A stretch of DNA of 49,738 nucleotides from an actinobacterium acAMD-2 (GTDB lineage: Bacteria > Actinomycetota > Actinomycetes > UBA12327): assembly GCA_000754455.1 (NCBI GenBank), contig JNSE01000021.1, positions 1 through 49,738 on the forward strand, written 5' to 3'. The notes beneath the pieces were generated by a model. The model was not told where the DNA came from and searched no databases. It was given only the letters and a program-made list of their open reading frames with translations. Positions 1 to 10,496 of the stretch are shown here, in pieces; the stretch's first letter is position 1, and the number at the start of each line of letters is the position of its first letter. Made by a program: the position numbers and the translations under genes.

Positions 1-776
1 AGGCCTGCGTCTGCTCACCTACCTCGGCCAGGGTGCCGGCCAAGTCCTTGCGCTGAGCCGAACTCAGGGCGGTCAATGGGGACACCGTGGTCCCAATCGT
101 GAAAAGAACTCCGCCCGAATCAGGAAGGCGGCGCAGGGTCTGGCGCTCGATCCGCAGGTGAAGGGTTTCGCCGATCCGGGATGGGTCCATTGTGCGGTCA
201 CGCGCTCGCCCTGCACTGACGGGCTGAAAGAGAGTCTCATCATCAATCAACGTCCAATTGACCCGTTGGGCAGGACGGTCGATGGTGATCGCATCAAAGA
301 AACGGTTCGTTGCCTCAGCGATGGATTCGAAGCCTGGCACCGGCGCATGGATCGCACTCAAAGACGTCCCGATTTTCTCTGACAAAACCCAACGGCTCGG
401 AAAGCACACGGATGCAGCGGTCAGGAAGTAGCCCCCCGAGCTCGGGACGTTGCTCCATTAAGCACAAGTCTTCGCCGACGAGCCGTCCAGCGCGGTCAAT
501 GGGATGCAACGACGACTGTTCCGACGTTGACTGCGAGTCGTCGGCGATGCCGTGGTGTCGAAGTTCGGCCTTTACTAAACCGAGGACTTCTTCCGCGCCC
601 ACCTCGGAACCTGGAATGGTGGCCACGACTTCGGCGTGATGGGACTGCAAGAGTGGCAATTTCTGCGCTAGTAATTCCGTTCGAGAATCTAGATCTAGCC
701 AGTTCTCTAGATCCAGCCGACGCACACCAATAGAGATCGCGTAAGGACTGCCGTCAAACGGTACGGGCTGGTCCAC
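1..776 (-). pseudogene. DUF3445 / heme-dependent oxidative N-demethylase alpha-subunit-like gene, frameshifted at a G6 run (432-437) and running off the window edge
   Basis: ORF 315..776 gives LHPIDRAGRLVGEDLCLM then drifts. Removing one G from the minus-strand GGGGGG restores GGYFLTAASVCFPSRWVLSEKIG...RVNWTL...LRIERQTLRRLP...VLFTI, open to base 1. These motifs are typical of DUF3445. Could be an assembly error rather than a true pseudogene. Confidence 0.8.
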
Positions 777-793
777 GTCAGGTTTTGGTTCCG

Positions 794-1492
794 TTACCGC
801 TGACCGCTTGAGGGGTCAGGAACAGATGGAGCCTTGATATCAATGGGGCTCGACAGATCGTTAGCAGCATCAACCACGCGAACTTGTGCCGCGTCCCAGG
901 CACCGTAGCGCGGGGAGACATAGACACCTTCGGACTGAGACGCCTTGGCCAAAGCCTTGTTCAGCGCCAAGGACCGAGCCGTGGTGCCGCCACGAGGCAA
1001 CAACTTCGCCTTGATCGCCTGCTGTTGCAAATAGGTCAAGGTAAAGGTCGTCAATTGTTCGGGGACAACCCAGGTGCCTTGTTGGATGGCAAACTGCTGA
1101 GCGAATTGCTCACGCGTTAGTCCACTTTCGCGAACGACCTTGACGAGAAACTGATCGACCTGAGCCGCAGACACGGTGACCTTGAGCTCCTTGGCCACGG
1201 CCGCAGTGAGTTGTTCCTCAATCCACACGGCTACCTGAGCCCGATTGACCGCGGCACCATCTGGTGCACCTGCTTGGGTGGCACGGGTGAGGTCATCAAT
1301 GACCGCTGCTTGGCTAAGAACGGTTCGGATCGAAAGGTCAGCCTGACCCACCCGAGCAGCATCGGAAGCAGTTGCTGCACCACAGGCACTCGTCACGACA
1401 GCAACCATCACGAGGACTACCGCAGTGCTGGTTGCTTTGACCCACATCGGCGCTGACTTCACAAGAGCCCTTTCGATTACATTCGCGAACAC
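794..1492 (-). CDS. SurA N-terminal-domain-like lipoprotein (putative extracytoplasmic chaperone)
   Basis: Hydrophobic signal with lipobox VTSA-C; helical QLxIxxQLL/xAxxLGVTVSxAQVD pattern; located directly after mfd as in other Actinobacteria. True start may be GTG 1462. Confidence 0.65.
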   Translation of the reverse strand: MFANVIERALVKSAPMWVKATSTAVVLVMVAVVTSACGAATASDAARVGQADLSIRTVLSQAAVIDDLTRATQAGAPDGAAVNRAQVAVWIEEQLTAAVAKELKVTVSAAQVDQFLVKVVRESGLTREQFAQQFAIQQGTWVVPEQLTTFTLTYLQQQAIKAKLLPRGGTTARSLALNKALAKASQSEGVYVSPRYGAWDAAQVRVVDAANDLSSPIDIKAPSVPDPSSGQR

Positions 1493-4400
1493 TTAATTGT
1501 CGCCCAAGACTTCTAACAACAGAGTACGTGTCCATTCAATGACGTCATTATCGCGCACTAGTTGACCGCCAACGCGAGACGTCTTGGGCGCGGGGACGAT
1601 GATGAGTGACGTCGCTGGCTTGACCAGAGTCCCCGGGTAAAGCCGCTCAAGTTTGAGGCGGCGTGAATCGGGGAGGTCAACGGGCGAAAATCGGATGGTT
1701 TGGCCCGTGAGTTGGATCTCCTGGACACCTACCCGAGCCGCCACCTGCCTCAATTGAGCCACGTGTAGGAGGCGATCCACCTGATCAGGCAAATTGCCAT
1801 AGCGGTCCAGCAACTCCGTGTGAACTGACGCAGCTTGTTCGTCATTGGTGATGGCTGCGATTTGCTTGTACACCTGCAATCGAAGTCGCTCTTCAGCGAT
1901 GTAGTCCTGCGGAATGCGTGCATCAACGGGGAGCTCAATGCGAATGGGCGGAGGTTCAACTGTTGCACCATCGCCTGCGCGGAACTCGGCCACGGCTTCA
2001 CCAACCATGCGCACATACAGATCAAAGCCCACGCCGGCAATGTGACCGGACTGCTCACCGCCCAGCAAGTTACCCGCACCGCGAATTTCCAAGTCCTTCA
2101 TCGCCACGGCCATTCCGCCACCGAGTTCGGAATGCTGAGCGATCGTGCTCAAACGATCATGCGCTGTTTCGGTCAAAGGAATGTCGTGGGGGTAGAGGAA
2201 GTAGGCATACGCACGTTCGCGACCGCGCCCTACTCGACCACGTAATTGGTGTAGTTGGGATAAGCCCAAGCGATCTGCTCGTTCCACGATCAGTGTGTTG
2301 GCATTGGCAATGTCTAGGCCATTTTCCACGATCGTGGTACAGACCAGGACGTCAAAGGCGCGCTCCCAGAAATCAACGATCACCTGTTCAAGGGCAGCTT
2401 CGCTCATCTGACCGTGCGCAATGGCGATCCGGGCTTCAGGAACCAGCTCACGCAGACGGAGTGCGGCTGCATCAATGGACTCAACCCGGTTATGAAGGTA
2501 GAACACCTGGCCCTCGCGCAAGAGTTCTCGGCGAATCGCCGCCGCGACCTGTCGATCCTCATAGGGACCGACATAGGTCAACACCGGGTGGCGCTCCTCG
2601 GGTGGTGTTTGGATCGTGGACATCTCACGAATGCCCGTCACTGCCATTTCCAAGGTGCGCGGAATCGGGGTTGCCGACATCGCTAGTACATCGACATCGG
2701 CGCGCATCTGCTTGAGGTGTTCCTTGTGCTCCACACCAAAGCGCTGTTCCTCGTCAACGATCACGAGCCCTAAGTCTTTGAAGGAAATTTCCGCTGAGAA
2801 CAAACGGTGTGTCCCAATAACTACGTCGACCGTGCCGTCAGCCAGTCCCGCGATCACAGCTCGTGCTTCGCGTTCGGTTTGAAACCGCGATAAGCCAGCA
2901 ACCTTCACCGGAAAGTTCGCGTACCGATCACTGAACGTGACGAAGTGTTGCTGCGAGAGCAAAGTCGTGGGAACGATGACGGCAACTTGCTTTCCATCTT
3001 GGACCGCTTTGAATGCTGCGCGCACCGCAATTTCGGTCTTGCCGTAGCCCACATCACCACATATCAATCGATCCATGGGGACGGGGCGTTCCATGTCCGC
3101 CTTCACTTCATCAATGGAGGCAAGCTGGTCGATGGTCTCGTTGTAGGGGAAAGCGTCTTCAAGTTCGCGTTGCCAGGGCGTATCGGGACTAAAGGCAAAA
3201 CCTGGGGCTGCCATCCGTGCCGAATACAGTCGGATCAGCCCAGCGGCGATCTCTTTGACCGCCTTACGGGCTCGGCCCTTGGTCTTGACCCAGTCTGCTC
3301 CACCCATCCGCGACAAAGCGGGGGCTTCACCGCCCGAATATCGCGTCACCTGATCAAGTTGGTCGGTGGGGACAAACAATCGATCCGCTGGTCCCCCACG
3401 CTTACTGGGCGCATACTCCACGACGAGGTACTCACGCATCGAACCTTGGACCTCACGGCTCACCATCTCGACATAGCGACCTACGCCGTGCTGTTCATGA
3501 ACAACGAAGTCACCTGGAGTCAGTGCCATGGCATCGATGCCGCCGCGTCTACGCGAGGGCATGCGCTGCATGTCCTTGGTCGCCACTCGCTCGCCGGAAA
3601 TATCGGCTTGAGTAACCACCATTAACTTGGCGCTCGGGGCCAAAAAGCCAGCCTCAAGATTGGCCGTTGTCACTGTCACCAGATTGGGCTCAGGGGCAGC
3701 GTCTAGTTCATCAACCAATCGCGCCGCGATGTCGGCTCCATTGAGGACCTCACACATACGCTCTGCTGAACCATGCCCCTCGGTCAACACCACCACGGCC
3801 CAGTTCAGGTCAAGGTGTGCACGCAGGTCAGCCAATAATTCGTCGGTGTTCTTGCGATAGCGCACACCCAGCTCTAGGCCGGAGTCCACCCGATGCACAT
3901 CACCGCTTTCTTGCAGTTCAGCATCAAAACCAAAACCAGATGTTGACCACCAGGTGCGATCTCCGGCCAAATCTCTGGCTTCATCCCAGGTGTAGAACTG
4001 TGAACCTTCGAATTCCATCGGCAACTGGCCACCATCGGCGGCAATCAACCACGAAGCCTTGAGAAATTCCTCGCTTGTGGTGAGGAGGTCGTGCGCTCTC
4101 GTCCGCACACGTTCGGGGTCGCACACCACTACGACCGCATCGCCACTGAACTGATCGAACAGTGACTCCATCGAGTCGACCAATACCGGCGCTAAGGCTT
4201 CCATGCCTTCAACAGCAATCCCGGCTTCAAGCTTGGTGCAAATGTCACTCAACTGCGGATGCGTTTCACGCAATGCAGCCGCGCGTTCTCGCACCTGATC
4301 AGTCAAAACAAGTTCTCTACACACCGGAGCCCAGAGGCTCTCCTCAGGAGCAACGGCCCGACTACGTTGATCCGCAACCGCAAAGCTACGGATCTCTTCT

Positions 4401-5020
4401 ACGGTGTCACCCCACAATTCGGTGCGCAATGGGTGATCCACAGTCGGTGGGAAGACATCGAGAATCCCACCACGTACGGCAAACTCGCCACGATGTTCAA
4501 CTAGTTCGCTGCGCACATAACCGGCCATCACTAACTTGTTGAGAACATCCTCAACATTGATCTCGTCTCCCACCTTCCAGGCGACAGGTTCAAGATCACC
4601 TAAACCGGCAACGATGGGTTGCAGTACCGAACGCACGGGAGCAACCACCACGCGAATCGGGCCGTCAGATTCATCGGGGTGACGCAAGCGGCGCAGCACC
4701 GCAAGGCGTTGACCCACGGTGTCCGCACGGGGGGACAAACGCTCATGGGGCAATGTCTCCCACGAAGGAAATTCAACAACGGATTCAGCCGGCAAAAAAC
4801 CGCGTAATGATTGCGTCAAGTCCTGGGCTTCGCGTGTAGTGGCGACGATAGCCAAAACTGTTTGTCCCGAATTCGCCGTTCCCGCTAATTGAGCAACCAC
4901 AAAAGGTCGAATAGCATCCGGGCCAACTACTTCGCCACCCTTGAGCCCACCATCATCAGGGATGATCCCTCGGCTGGCTAGGACTGGATCAAGTGCTGTC
5001 AGGAGCCCGCGAATTTTCAT
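1493..5020 (-). CDS. mfd: Transcription-repair coupling factor
   Basis: 1175 aa; PHERLSP, VVHEQHGVGRY (CarD-like RID), GDVGYGKTE Walker A, DEEQRFG, QLRGRVGR, DLEIRGAGNLLG, C-terminal TRCF domain. Confidence 0.98.
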   Translation of the reverse strand: MKIRGLLTALDPVLASRGIIPDDGGLKGGEVVGPDAIRPFVVAQLAGTANSGQTVLAIVATTREAQDLTQSLRGFLPAESVVEFPSWETLPHERLSPRADTVGQRLAVLRRLRHPDESDGPIRVVVAPVRSVLQPIVAGLGDLEPVAWKVGDEINVEDVLNKLVMAGYVRSELVEHRGEFAVRGGILDVFPPTVDHPLRTELWGDTVEEIRSFAVADQRSRAVAPEESLWAPVCRELVLTDQVRERAAALRETHPQLSDICTKLEAGIAVEGMEALAPVLVDSMESLFDQFSGDAVVVVCDPERVRTRAHDLLTTSEEFLKASWLIAADGGQLPMEFEGSQFYTWDEARDLAGDRTWWSTSGFGFDAELQESGDVHRVDSGLELGVRYRKNTDELLADLRAHLDLNWAVVVLTEGHGSAERMCEVLNGADIAARLVDELDAAPEPNLVTVTTANLEAGFLAPSAKLMVVTQADISGERVATKDMQRMPSRRRGGIDAMALTPGDFVVHEQHGVGRYVEMVSREVQGSMREYLVVEYAPSKRGGPADRLFVPTDQLDQVTRYSGGEAPALSRMGGADWVKTKGRARKAVKEIAAGLIRLYSARMAAPGFAFSPDTPWQRELEDAFPYNETIDQLASIDEVKADMERPVPMDRLICGDVGYGKTEIAVRAAFKAVQDGKQVAVIVPTTLLSQQHFVTFSDRYANFPVKVAGLSRFQTEREARAVIAGLADGTVDVVIGTHRLFSAEISFKDLGLVIVDEEQRFGVEHKEHLKQMRADVDVLAMSATPIPRTLEMAVTGIREMSTIQTPPEERHPVLTYVGPYEDRQVAAAIRRELLREGQVFYLHNRVESIDAAALRLRELVPEARIAIAHGQMSEAALEQVIVDFWERAFDVLVCTTIVENGLDIANANTLIVERADRLGLSQLHQLRGRVGRGRERAYAYFLYPHDIPLTETAHDRLSTIAQHSELGGGMAVAMKDLEIRGAGNLLGGEQSGHIAGVGFDLYVRMVGEAVAEFRAGDGATVEPPPIRIELPVDARIPQDYIAEERLRLQVYKQIAAITNDEQAASVHTELLDRYGNLPDQVDRLLHVAQLRQVAARVGVQEIQLTGQTIRFSPVDLPDSRRLKLERLYPGTLVKPATSLIIVPAPKTSRVGGQLVRDNDVIEWTRTLLLEVLGDN

Positions 5021-5025
5021 GATGG

Positions 5026-5781
5026 CTACGAGTTCACCGCGGCCAAGAGATCATCGGCAAGTTCAGCTCGACACATCAATATGCCGCCAGTAACCGGGAC
5101 TCGTTGATTGAAGGTGAAGGCCGAACCATCCAGACGACTCACATGCAAGCCGTTAGCCAGAGCAACCGCGATTGGTGCGGCGGAATCCCACTCATTCAAA
5201 TCCGAATCATGAATGTACGCATCCACATCGCCGGTGATAACCCGAGCCGCCTTCGCACCGGCTGAACCCCACAAGACGATTTCAATAGGCATCGCTTCGC
5301 CTACAGCCTGCAAGATCTCTGGCGTGCGGCTTTGGCTTGCCACAATGCGCACGACCTGACTCGATTGTGGTGCACGGTTTACCTGTTCATCGGTGGCAAA
5401 CAGCACGCCCTGGGCTGGCAACGCAACGGCGGCAGCCGTAAGGGCACCTTGGCTGGCATCCCACAACGCAATGTGCACACCCCAGTCGATGCGCCCTTGG
5501 CGAGCAAACTCGCGCGTGCCGTCCAGAGGATCAACAATCCAGACTCGATCAGCCGTCAAGCGGGAGAGATCGTCAACTGCTTCCTCCGACAACACCGCAT
5601 CAAGCGGTCGTCGTGCTCGCATCTGGCGATCGATGATGGCCTGAGCCAAAGCATCGCCGCGGTCTTTGATCTCTTGCCCTTCATAACGAGCAAAAAGTTC
5701 ATCGCGAACAGCCAAGAGTGCATCGCCGATTTCGGTGGCTAACGCCCGAGCAAATTGAACATCGGATTCCACACTCGCCAT
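5026..5781 (-). CDS. cysQ: 3'(2'),5'-bisphosphate nucleotidase CysQ / inositol monophosphatase family
   Basis: VLSEE, WIVDPLDGTREF, GSAGAKA, EWDSAAP motifs of the FIG superfamily, CysQ-like. Confidence 0.8.
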   Translation of the reverse strand: MASVESDVQFARALATEIGDALLAVRDELFARYEGQEIKDRGDALAQAIIDRQMRARRPLDAVLSEEAVDDLSRLTADRVWIVDPLDGTREFARQGRIDWGVHIALWDASQGALTAAAVALPAQGVLFATDEQVNRAPQSSQVVRIVASQSRTPEILQAVGEAMPIEIVLWGSAGAKAARVITGDVDAYIHDSDLNEWDSAAPIAVALANGLHVSRLDGSAFTFNQRVPVTGGILMCRAELADDLLAAVNS

Positions 5782-5793
5782 TGTAGTAATCGC

Positions 5794-6372
5794 CTACTTG
5801 ACCACGTCGGTGTGAAAAGTATTTTGTGCGCTCTCTAAACCATCGCGGATCAGAGATTCCACCGAGTCGGCCGCGCGGTCTACGAGAAACTCGAGTTCCT
5901 TGCGCTCTGCGGATGCAAACGGCTTCAAAACAAATGCTGCTGGATCCATCCGGCCTGGTGGTCGGCCGATTCCAAAGCGCACTCGCAGAAATTCCCCGGA
6001 ACCGATGGACTGGCGAATCGACTTCAAACCATTGTGGCCATTGTCACCGCCGCCCAACTTCAGTCGCAAGGCGCCGAAATCGATATCGAGTTCGTCGTGG
6101 ATGACGATGATGTTTTCAATCTCGGCCTTGTAATAGTCACGCAGGCCGGCCACAGGACCGCCGGACTCATTCATAAACGATTTGGGCTTCGCGATCACTG
6201 TGCGCTGATCTGCCAGCCGGATTTCGGCTACATCGCTTCGGGACTTGTGCACTTTCCACTTCGAACCGGTGCGTCGGGCCAATTCATCCACCACAAAAAA
6301 GCCAGCATTGTGACGGGTAGATGCGTAGGTTTCACCAGGATTACCTAGTCCGACAACTAACCAAGTCGTCAT
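5794..6372 (-). CDS. pth: Peptidyl-tRNA hydrolase
   Basis: [34 protein letters not shown]. Confidence 0.97.
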   Translation of the reverse strand: MTTWLVVGLGNPGETYASTRHNAGFFVVDELARRTGSKWKVHKSRSDVAEIRLADQRTVIAKPKSFMNESGGPVAGLRDYYKAEIENIIVIHDELDIDFGALRLKLGGGDNGHNGLKSIRQSIGSGEFLRVRFGIGRPPGRMDPAAFVLKPFASAERKELEFLVDRAADSVESLIRDGLESAQNTFHTDVVK

Positions 6373-6423
6373 AACTCACCTCAATGGTGTTGTGGCAAAA
6401 CTGAGCACACAAGAAAGCGGTGG

Positions 6424-7020
6424 TTACGCCTCAGCAGGTGCGGCGTCGGCTGCAGCGTCAGCGGCCGGTGCGGCAGCTTCCTCAGTTTGAGGAGCCACAA
6501 TGTGAACCACGGAAACATCACCATCGGCAGCAAGCTCAACGCCCTCAGGCAGCTTCACATCGGAAGCGTGAACCGTGGATCCAATAGGCAAACCAGCAAT
6601 GTCGACTTCAATTGAGGTCGGGATGTTGGTAGCAAGTGCGAGGACCGTGAGGTTGTCAGCGTGCTCAACCAAACTGCCAGGCTCAGCAGAGCCCACGGTG
6701 ATAACGGGAACTTCAACGATGACCTTTTCGTTGGCGTTAATCACCACGAGGTCAACATGCTCAATGATCTGACGAAGTGGGTCTCGCTGAATGGACTTCG
6801 GCAACGTCAGCTGCGTCTTGCCATCACCGAGCTGCAACTGGATCAACACGTTCTGTTGCTTCAGAGCACGCGTGAGGTCGCGACCAGGCAGGGTGATGTG
6901 GATCGGGTCGGTGCCGTGGCCATAAATGACCGCAGGAATATTGCCGTCACGGCGGATTCGGCGGGCTGCACCCTTACCGAACTCATCACGCGGCTGCGCA
7001 TCGATGCGGACCTCGGACAC
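6424..7020 (-). CDS. rplY: 50S ribosomal protein L25 / Ctc (long form)
   Basis: GKGAARRIRR..IPAVIYGHG, HVDL, C-terminal TL5 domain; prs-rplY-pth synteny. Confidence 0.96.
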   Translation of the reverse strand: MSEVRIDAQPRDEFGKGAARRIRRDGNIPAVIYGHGTDPIHITLPGRDLTRALKQQNVLIQLQLGDGKTQLTLPKSIQRDPLRQIIEHVDLVVINANEKVIVEVPVITVGSAEPGSLVEHADNLTVLALATNIPTSIEVDIAGLPIGSTVHASDVKLPEGVELAADGDVSVVHIVAPQTEEAAAPAADAAADAAPAEA

Positions 7021-7131
7021 TGACTACTCCTCAAATCATGGTGACGTGGTGGAAAGAGCTTTCCACGTCTACGGTGAACACACCTTACGCGAGGTCAAAT
7101 CAGACGATTTCCTCGGGTCTAGGCAGGGGAA

Positions 7132-8109
7132 TTACGAGTGCCCATCAAACAGGCTTGTGACCGAGCCTTCGTCAAATACTTCATGAATGGCCCGCGCGAG
7201 CAAGGGCGCAATCGACAGCACGGTCAGCTTGTCAAAAGTGTGCTCCGGCGGAATAGGCAAGGTGTCAGTGATGACGACTTCCGAGATCCGACTGTTGGTC
7301 AAGCGCTCAACAGCCGGACCGGACAACACTCCATGAGTAGAAGTCGCAATGACTTCAATGGCGCCATTTTCGAACAGTGCATCCGCTGCCTTGGTGATCG
7401 TTCCGGCAGTGTCAATCATGTCGTCAACGATGACGCACACCCGGCCCTTGACGTCACCGACGACTTCCAAAACTTTGGCTTCGTTAGGAATGTCAGGGTC
7501 GCGACGCTTGTGGATGATGGCCAACGGAGCATCCAAGATGTCGGTCCAGCGTTCGGCAACGCGAACCCGGCCGGCATCAGGGGAAACCACAGTGATGTTG
7601 CTGCGATCGTATTTTTCCTCGACATGACCGGCCAAAAGCGGCAAGGCGAACAGGTGGTCCACCGGGCCATCAAAGAAACCTTGGATCTGCGAGGTGTGCA
7701 GGTCAACGGACATCAAGCGGTCTGCGCCAGCAGTCTTAAACAAGTCAGCCATCAAACGTGCACTGATCGGTTCGCGACCACGGTGCTTCTTGTCTTGGCG
7801 AGCGTAGGCATAAAACGGAACGATGACCGTGATGCGCTTGGCCGATGCGCGCTTAAGCGCATCAATCATGAGCAGTTGTTCCATGATCCACTTGTTCACG
7901 GGCTCGGTGTGACTTTGCAGAACGAACGCATCGCAACCACGAACCGATTCCTCAAAGCGCACGAAGATCTCGCCATTGGCGAAGTCATAGGCACTGGTGG
8001 GCACAATTTCAACGCCCAGTTGCTCGGCAACTGCTTCAGCTAGTGCTGGGTGGGCGCGGCCCGTGAAGAGCATGAGCTTCTTATGGCCCGTGGTCTTAAT
8101 GCCGGTCAC
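7132..8109 (-). CDS. prs: Ribose-phosphate pyrophosphokinase
   Basis: FANGEIFVR, YARQDKK, DLHTSQIQGFF, VSPDAG, IVDDMIDTAGT. Confidence 0.98.
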   Translation of the reverse strand: MTGIKTTGHKKLMLFTGRAHPALAEAVAEQLGVEIVPTSAYDFANGEIFVRFEESVRGCDAFVLQSHTEPVNKWIMEQLLMIDALKRASAKRITVIVPFYAYARQDKKHRGREPISARLMADLFKTAGADRLMSVDLHTSQIQGFFDGPVDHLFALPLLAGHVEEKYDRSNITVVSPDAGRVRVAERWTDILDAPLAIIHKRRDPDIPNEAKVLEVVGDVKGRVCVIVDDMIDTAGTITKAADALFENGAIEVIATSTHGVLSGPAVERLTNSRISEVVITDTLPIPPEHTFDKLTVLSIAPLLARAIHEVFDEGSVTSLFDGHS

Positions 8110-8213
8110 TTCAAGCCTCTCGGTCGTGTGATCAAGTGCAGGAGTCCATCCTGCCGTTCTGCTCGCACGGTAGCGGAAGTGGGTCGCCTAGATCCGCGCT
8201 ATGACAAAGATTG

Positions 8214-9665
8214 TTACTCGTCGGGGGTCTGAGTCGAGGCTGAACCCTGTGCCGCATCCGCGGCTCGTGCGGACGAACTACCGGGGCGCTTTCGCTGAAC
8301 CCAGCCATTGATGATCTTTTGCCGAGCACGTGCAACGGCCATCGCACCGGGTGGAACATCCTCGGTGATGACCGATCCTGCTGCCGTGTACGCGCCATCG
8401 CCAATCGTTACCGGCGCCACCAACATCGTGTCGCTGCCGATGCGCACAGAATCACCGATCACCGTGCGGTGCTTGTTTTCCCCATCGAAATTAACAAAGA
8501 CTGTGGCCGCTCCGATGTTGGTATCGGCACCGATCTCAGCATCCCCAACGTAGGAAAGGTGCGGCACCTTGGAGCCTTCACCCACTCGCGAGTTCTTGAT
8601 CTCGACAAATCCACCGGCCTTAGCGCCGCGTTCTAACGTGGTCCCCGGTCGTAAGTAGGTGTACGGACCAACGGTTGCGTCGGAGCCAATCACGGCGAGC
8701 TCGCACGTGGCATCACGAACCTGTGCGTTTTCACCGACTTCGGTGTCTACCAACGTCACTCGCGGTCCGATGATGGCACCGCTAGCGATGGATGTGGCAC
8801 CGACTAGGTGCGTCTCAGGCAGCAAGACTGCCTCGGGTGCGACATCCACATTGACATCAACCCACGTCGTGGCCGGATCAATGATGGTCACACCAGAAAG
8901 CATCAGCTCACGGGTGCGACGGTCGCGCATCACCTGGCCAGCATGAGCTAGTTGGGCTCGGTCATTAATTCCAAGGATTTCGTCGGGGTGGGCCGCGGAT
9001 ACGGCTGACACACGCAATGAAGCCGTGCGCATTAATGCCACAACATCGGTGAGGTACTCCTCGCCCTGCGCATTGTCAGTGCTGATCTTGTTGAGCGCCT
9101 CGCGCAATGGTCCGAGTGCAAAGGCGTACATCCCGGAATTGACTTCGCGAACAGCGCGTTGGTCATCATCAGCATCGCTTTGTTCAACGATTGCCTCGAC
9201 TGTGCCATCAAAGGATCGAATCACTCGCCCATAGCCGGTGGGGTCTTTCAGTGTTGCCGTCAAAACTGTGGCGCTATTGAGTTCACCTTCATGTGATTCA
9301 ACCAATGCCATCAACGTCTCAGTGGTCATCAGCGGGCTATCGCCGGACAAGACCACCACCGTGCCTTCGATGCCTTCAAGTGCTTCCAAGGCGATGCGAA
9401 CAGCGTGGCCGGTTCCGTTTTGCTCAACTTGAACAACCGTGGCTACATCAGGATCAATATCAGCGAGATGGGAAATGACCTGGTCGCGTCCGTGACCCAC
9501 AACCGCGACGATGCGGTCAGGATGCAAAGTGCGCGAGACATGAACCACGTGACCGAGGAGCGTGCGTCCCGCTAGTGCATGCAACACCTTGGGGGTTGTC
9601 GAACGCATCCGCGTTCCCTCGCCAGCAGCGAGGATGACAATGGCAGCGGGTCGGGTCTGGCTCAC
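8214..9665 (-). CDS. glmU: Bifunctional UDP-GlcNAc pyrophosphorylase / glucosamine-1-phosphate N-acetyltransferase
   Basis: ILAAGEGTRM, QNGTGHA, EYLTD, hexapeptide repeats, KVPHLSYVGDA. Start reset to GTG 9665 because the longer ORF overlaps tRNA-Gln; TAAGGT -10 lies 7 nt upstream. Confidence 0.96.
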   Translation of the reverse strand: MSQTRPAAIVILAAGEGTRMRSTTPKVLHALAGRTLLGHVVHVSRTLHPDRIVAVVGHGRDQVISHLADIDPDVATVVQVEQNGTGHAVRIALEALEGIEGTVVVLSGDSPLMTTETLMALVESHEGELNSATVLTATLKDPTGYGRVIRSFDGTVEAIVEQSDADDDQRAVREVNSGMYAFALGPLREALNKISTDNAQGEEYLTDVVALMRTASLRVSAVSAAHPDEILGINDRAQLAHAGQVMRDRRTRELMLSGVTIIDPATTWVDVNVDVAPEAVLLPETHLVGATSIASGAIIGPRVTLVDTEVGENAQVRDATCELAVIGSDATVGPYTYLRPGTTLERGAKAGGFVEIKNSRVGEGSKVPHLSYVGDAEIGADTNIGAATVFVNFDGENKHRTVIGDSVRIGSDTMLVAPVTIGDGAYTAAGSVITEDVPPGAMAVARARQKIINGWVQRKRPGSSSARAADAAQGSASTQTPDE

Positions 9666-9703
9666 GCGCTCAACCTTAGCGAGAAATCCGCCACGGACAG
9701 GAG

Positions 9704-9775
9704 CTCCCGGACGAGGATTCGAACCTCGGTTCTCGGCACCAAAGGCCGGCGTCCTGCCAGCTAGACGATCCGGGA
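9704..9775 (-). tRNA. tRNA-Gln(TTG)
   Basis: TCCCGGATCGTCTAGCTGGCAGGACGCCGGCCTTTGGTGCCGAGAACCGAGGTTCGAATCCTCGTCCGGGAG: U1-A72 acceptor stem, anticodon TTG, TTCGAAT T-loop; CCA not encoded. Confidence 0.95.
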
Positions 9776-9854
9776 TTGGCGCGGAAACCACGCCTGAATG
9801 AGGCCAAGCCTAGAACGCTGCACCTCGCGCAGTGACATTGGGCATGATGGGCAC

Positions 9855-10496
9855 GTGAGTAACCAGTCCGAGACCATCCAGCCGTCATCACGGCCACGAA
9901 CCCGCATGAGCGGGAACGAACGACGTGAACAGCTCTTGGATATCGGTCGGTCCCTCTTCGCCGAACGCGGATTTGACGCCACCTCCGTTGAGGAGATCGC
10001 CACCAAGGCTGGGGTTTCCAAGCCCGTCGTGTACGAACACTTCGGCGGCAAAGAAGGCCTCTACGCGGTCGTCGTAGATCGTGAAGTGCAAAAACTCCTT
10101 GAAGCCATCAAGGGCTCGCTGACCGCTGGTCACCCGCGTGAGGTTCTTGAACGCGTGGCTTTCGCCCTGTTGGGTTACGTTGAGCAAAACTCCGATGGCT
10201 TTCGCATCTTGGTTCGCGATTCGCCCGTGGCAACGTCCACCGGTACGTTTTCTAGTTTGATCAGCGATGTGGCATCGCAAGTGGAACACCTGTTGTTCGA
10301 ACAGTTCCGCATGCGCGGCTTTGATACCCGTTACGCCCCGATGTATTCGCAGATGCTCGTTGGCATGGTTGCGCTCACCGGTCAGTGGTGGCTGGATGTG
10401 CGAGAGCCCAGCAAAGAAGAAGTCGTAGCCCACTTGGTGAACTTGTCGTGGAATGGATTGTCGGGTCTAGAAGCTGACCCACAACTCACTGACTAA
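9855..10496 (+). CDS. TetR/AcrR family transcriptional regulator
   Basis: RREQLLDIGRSLFAERGFDATSVEEIA..AGVSKPVVYEHFGGKEGLY HTH; usual position beside tRNA-Gln; GTG 9855 with CATGAT 6 nt upstream. Confidence 0.93.
   Translation: MSNQSETIQPSSRPRTRMSGNERREQLLDIGRSLFAERGFDATSVEEIATKAGVSKPVVYEHFGGKEGLYAVVVDREVQKLLEAIKGSLTAGHPREVLERVAFALLGYVEQNSDGFRILVRDSPVATSTGTFSSLISDVASQVEHLLFEQFRMRGFDTRYAPMYSQMLVGMVALTGQWWLDVREPSKEEVVAHLVNLSWNGLSGLEADPQLTD

Noticed and set aside
7138-8043. 301-aa plus-strand ORF
   Set aside because: Exact antisense shadow of prs; no recognisable motifs; explained by codon bias of the real gene
9666-9791. N-terminal extension of glmU given in the ORF track
   Set aside because: Overlaps tRNA-Gln; GTG 9665 has a leaderless promoter signature
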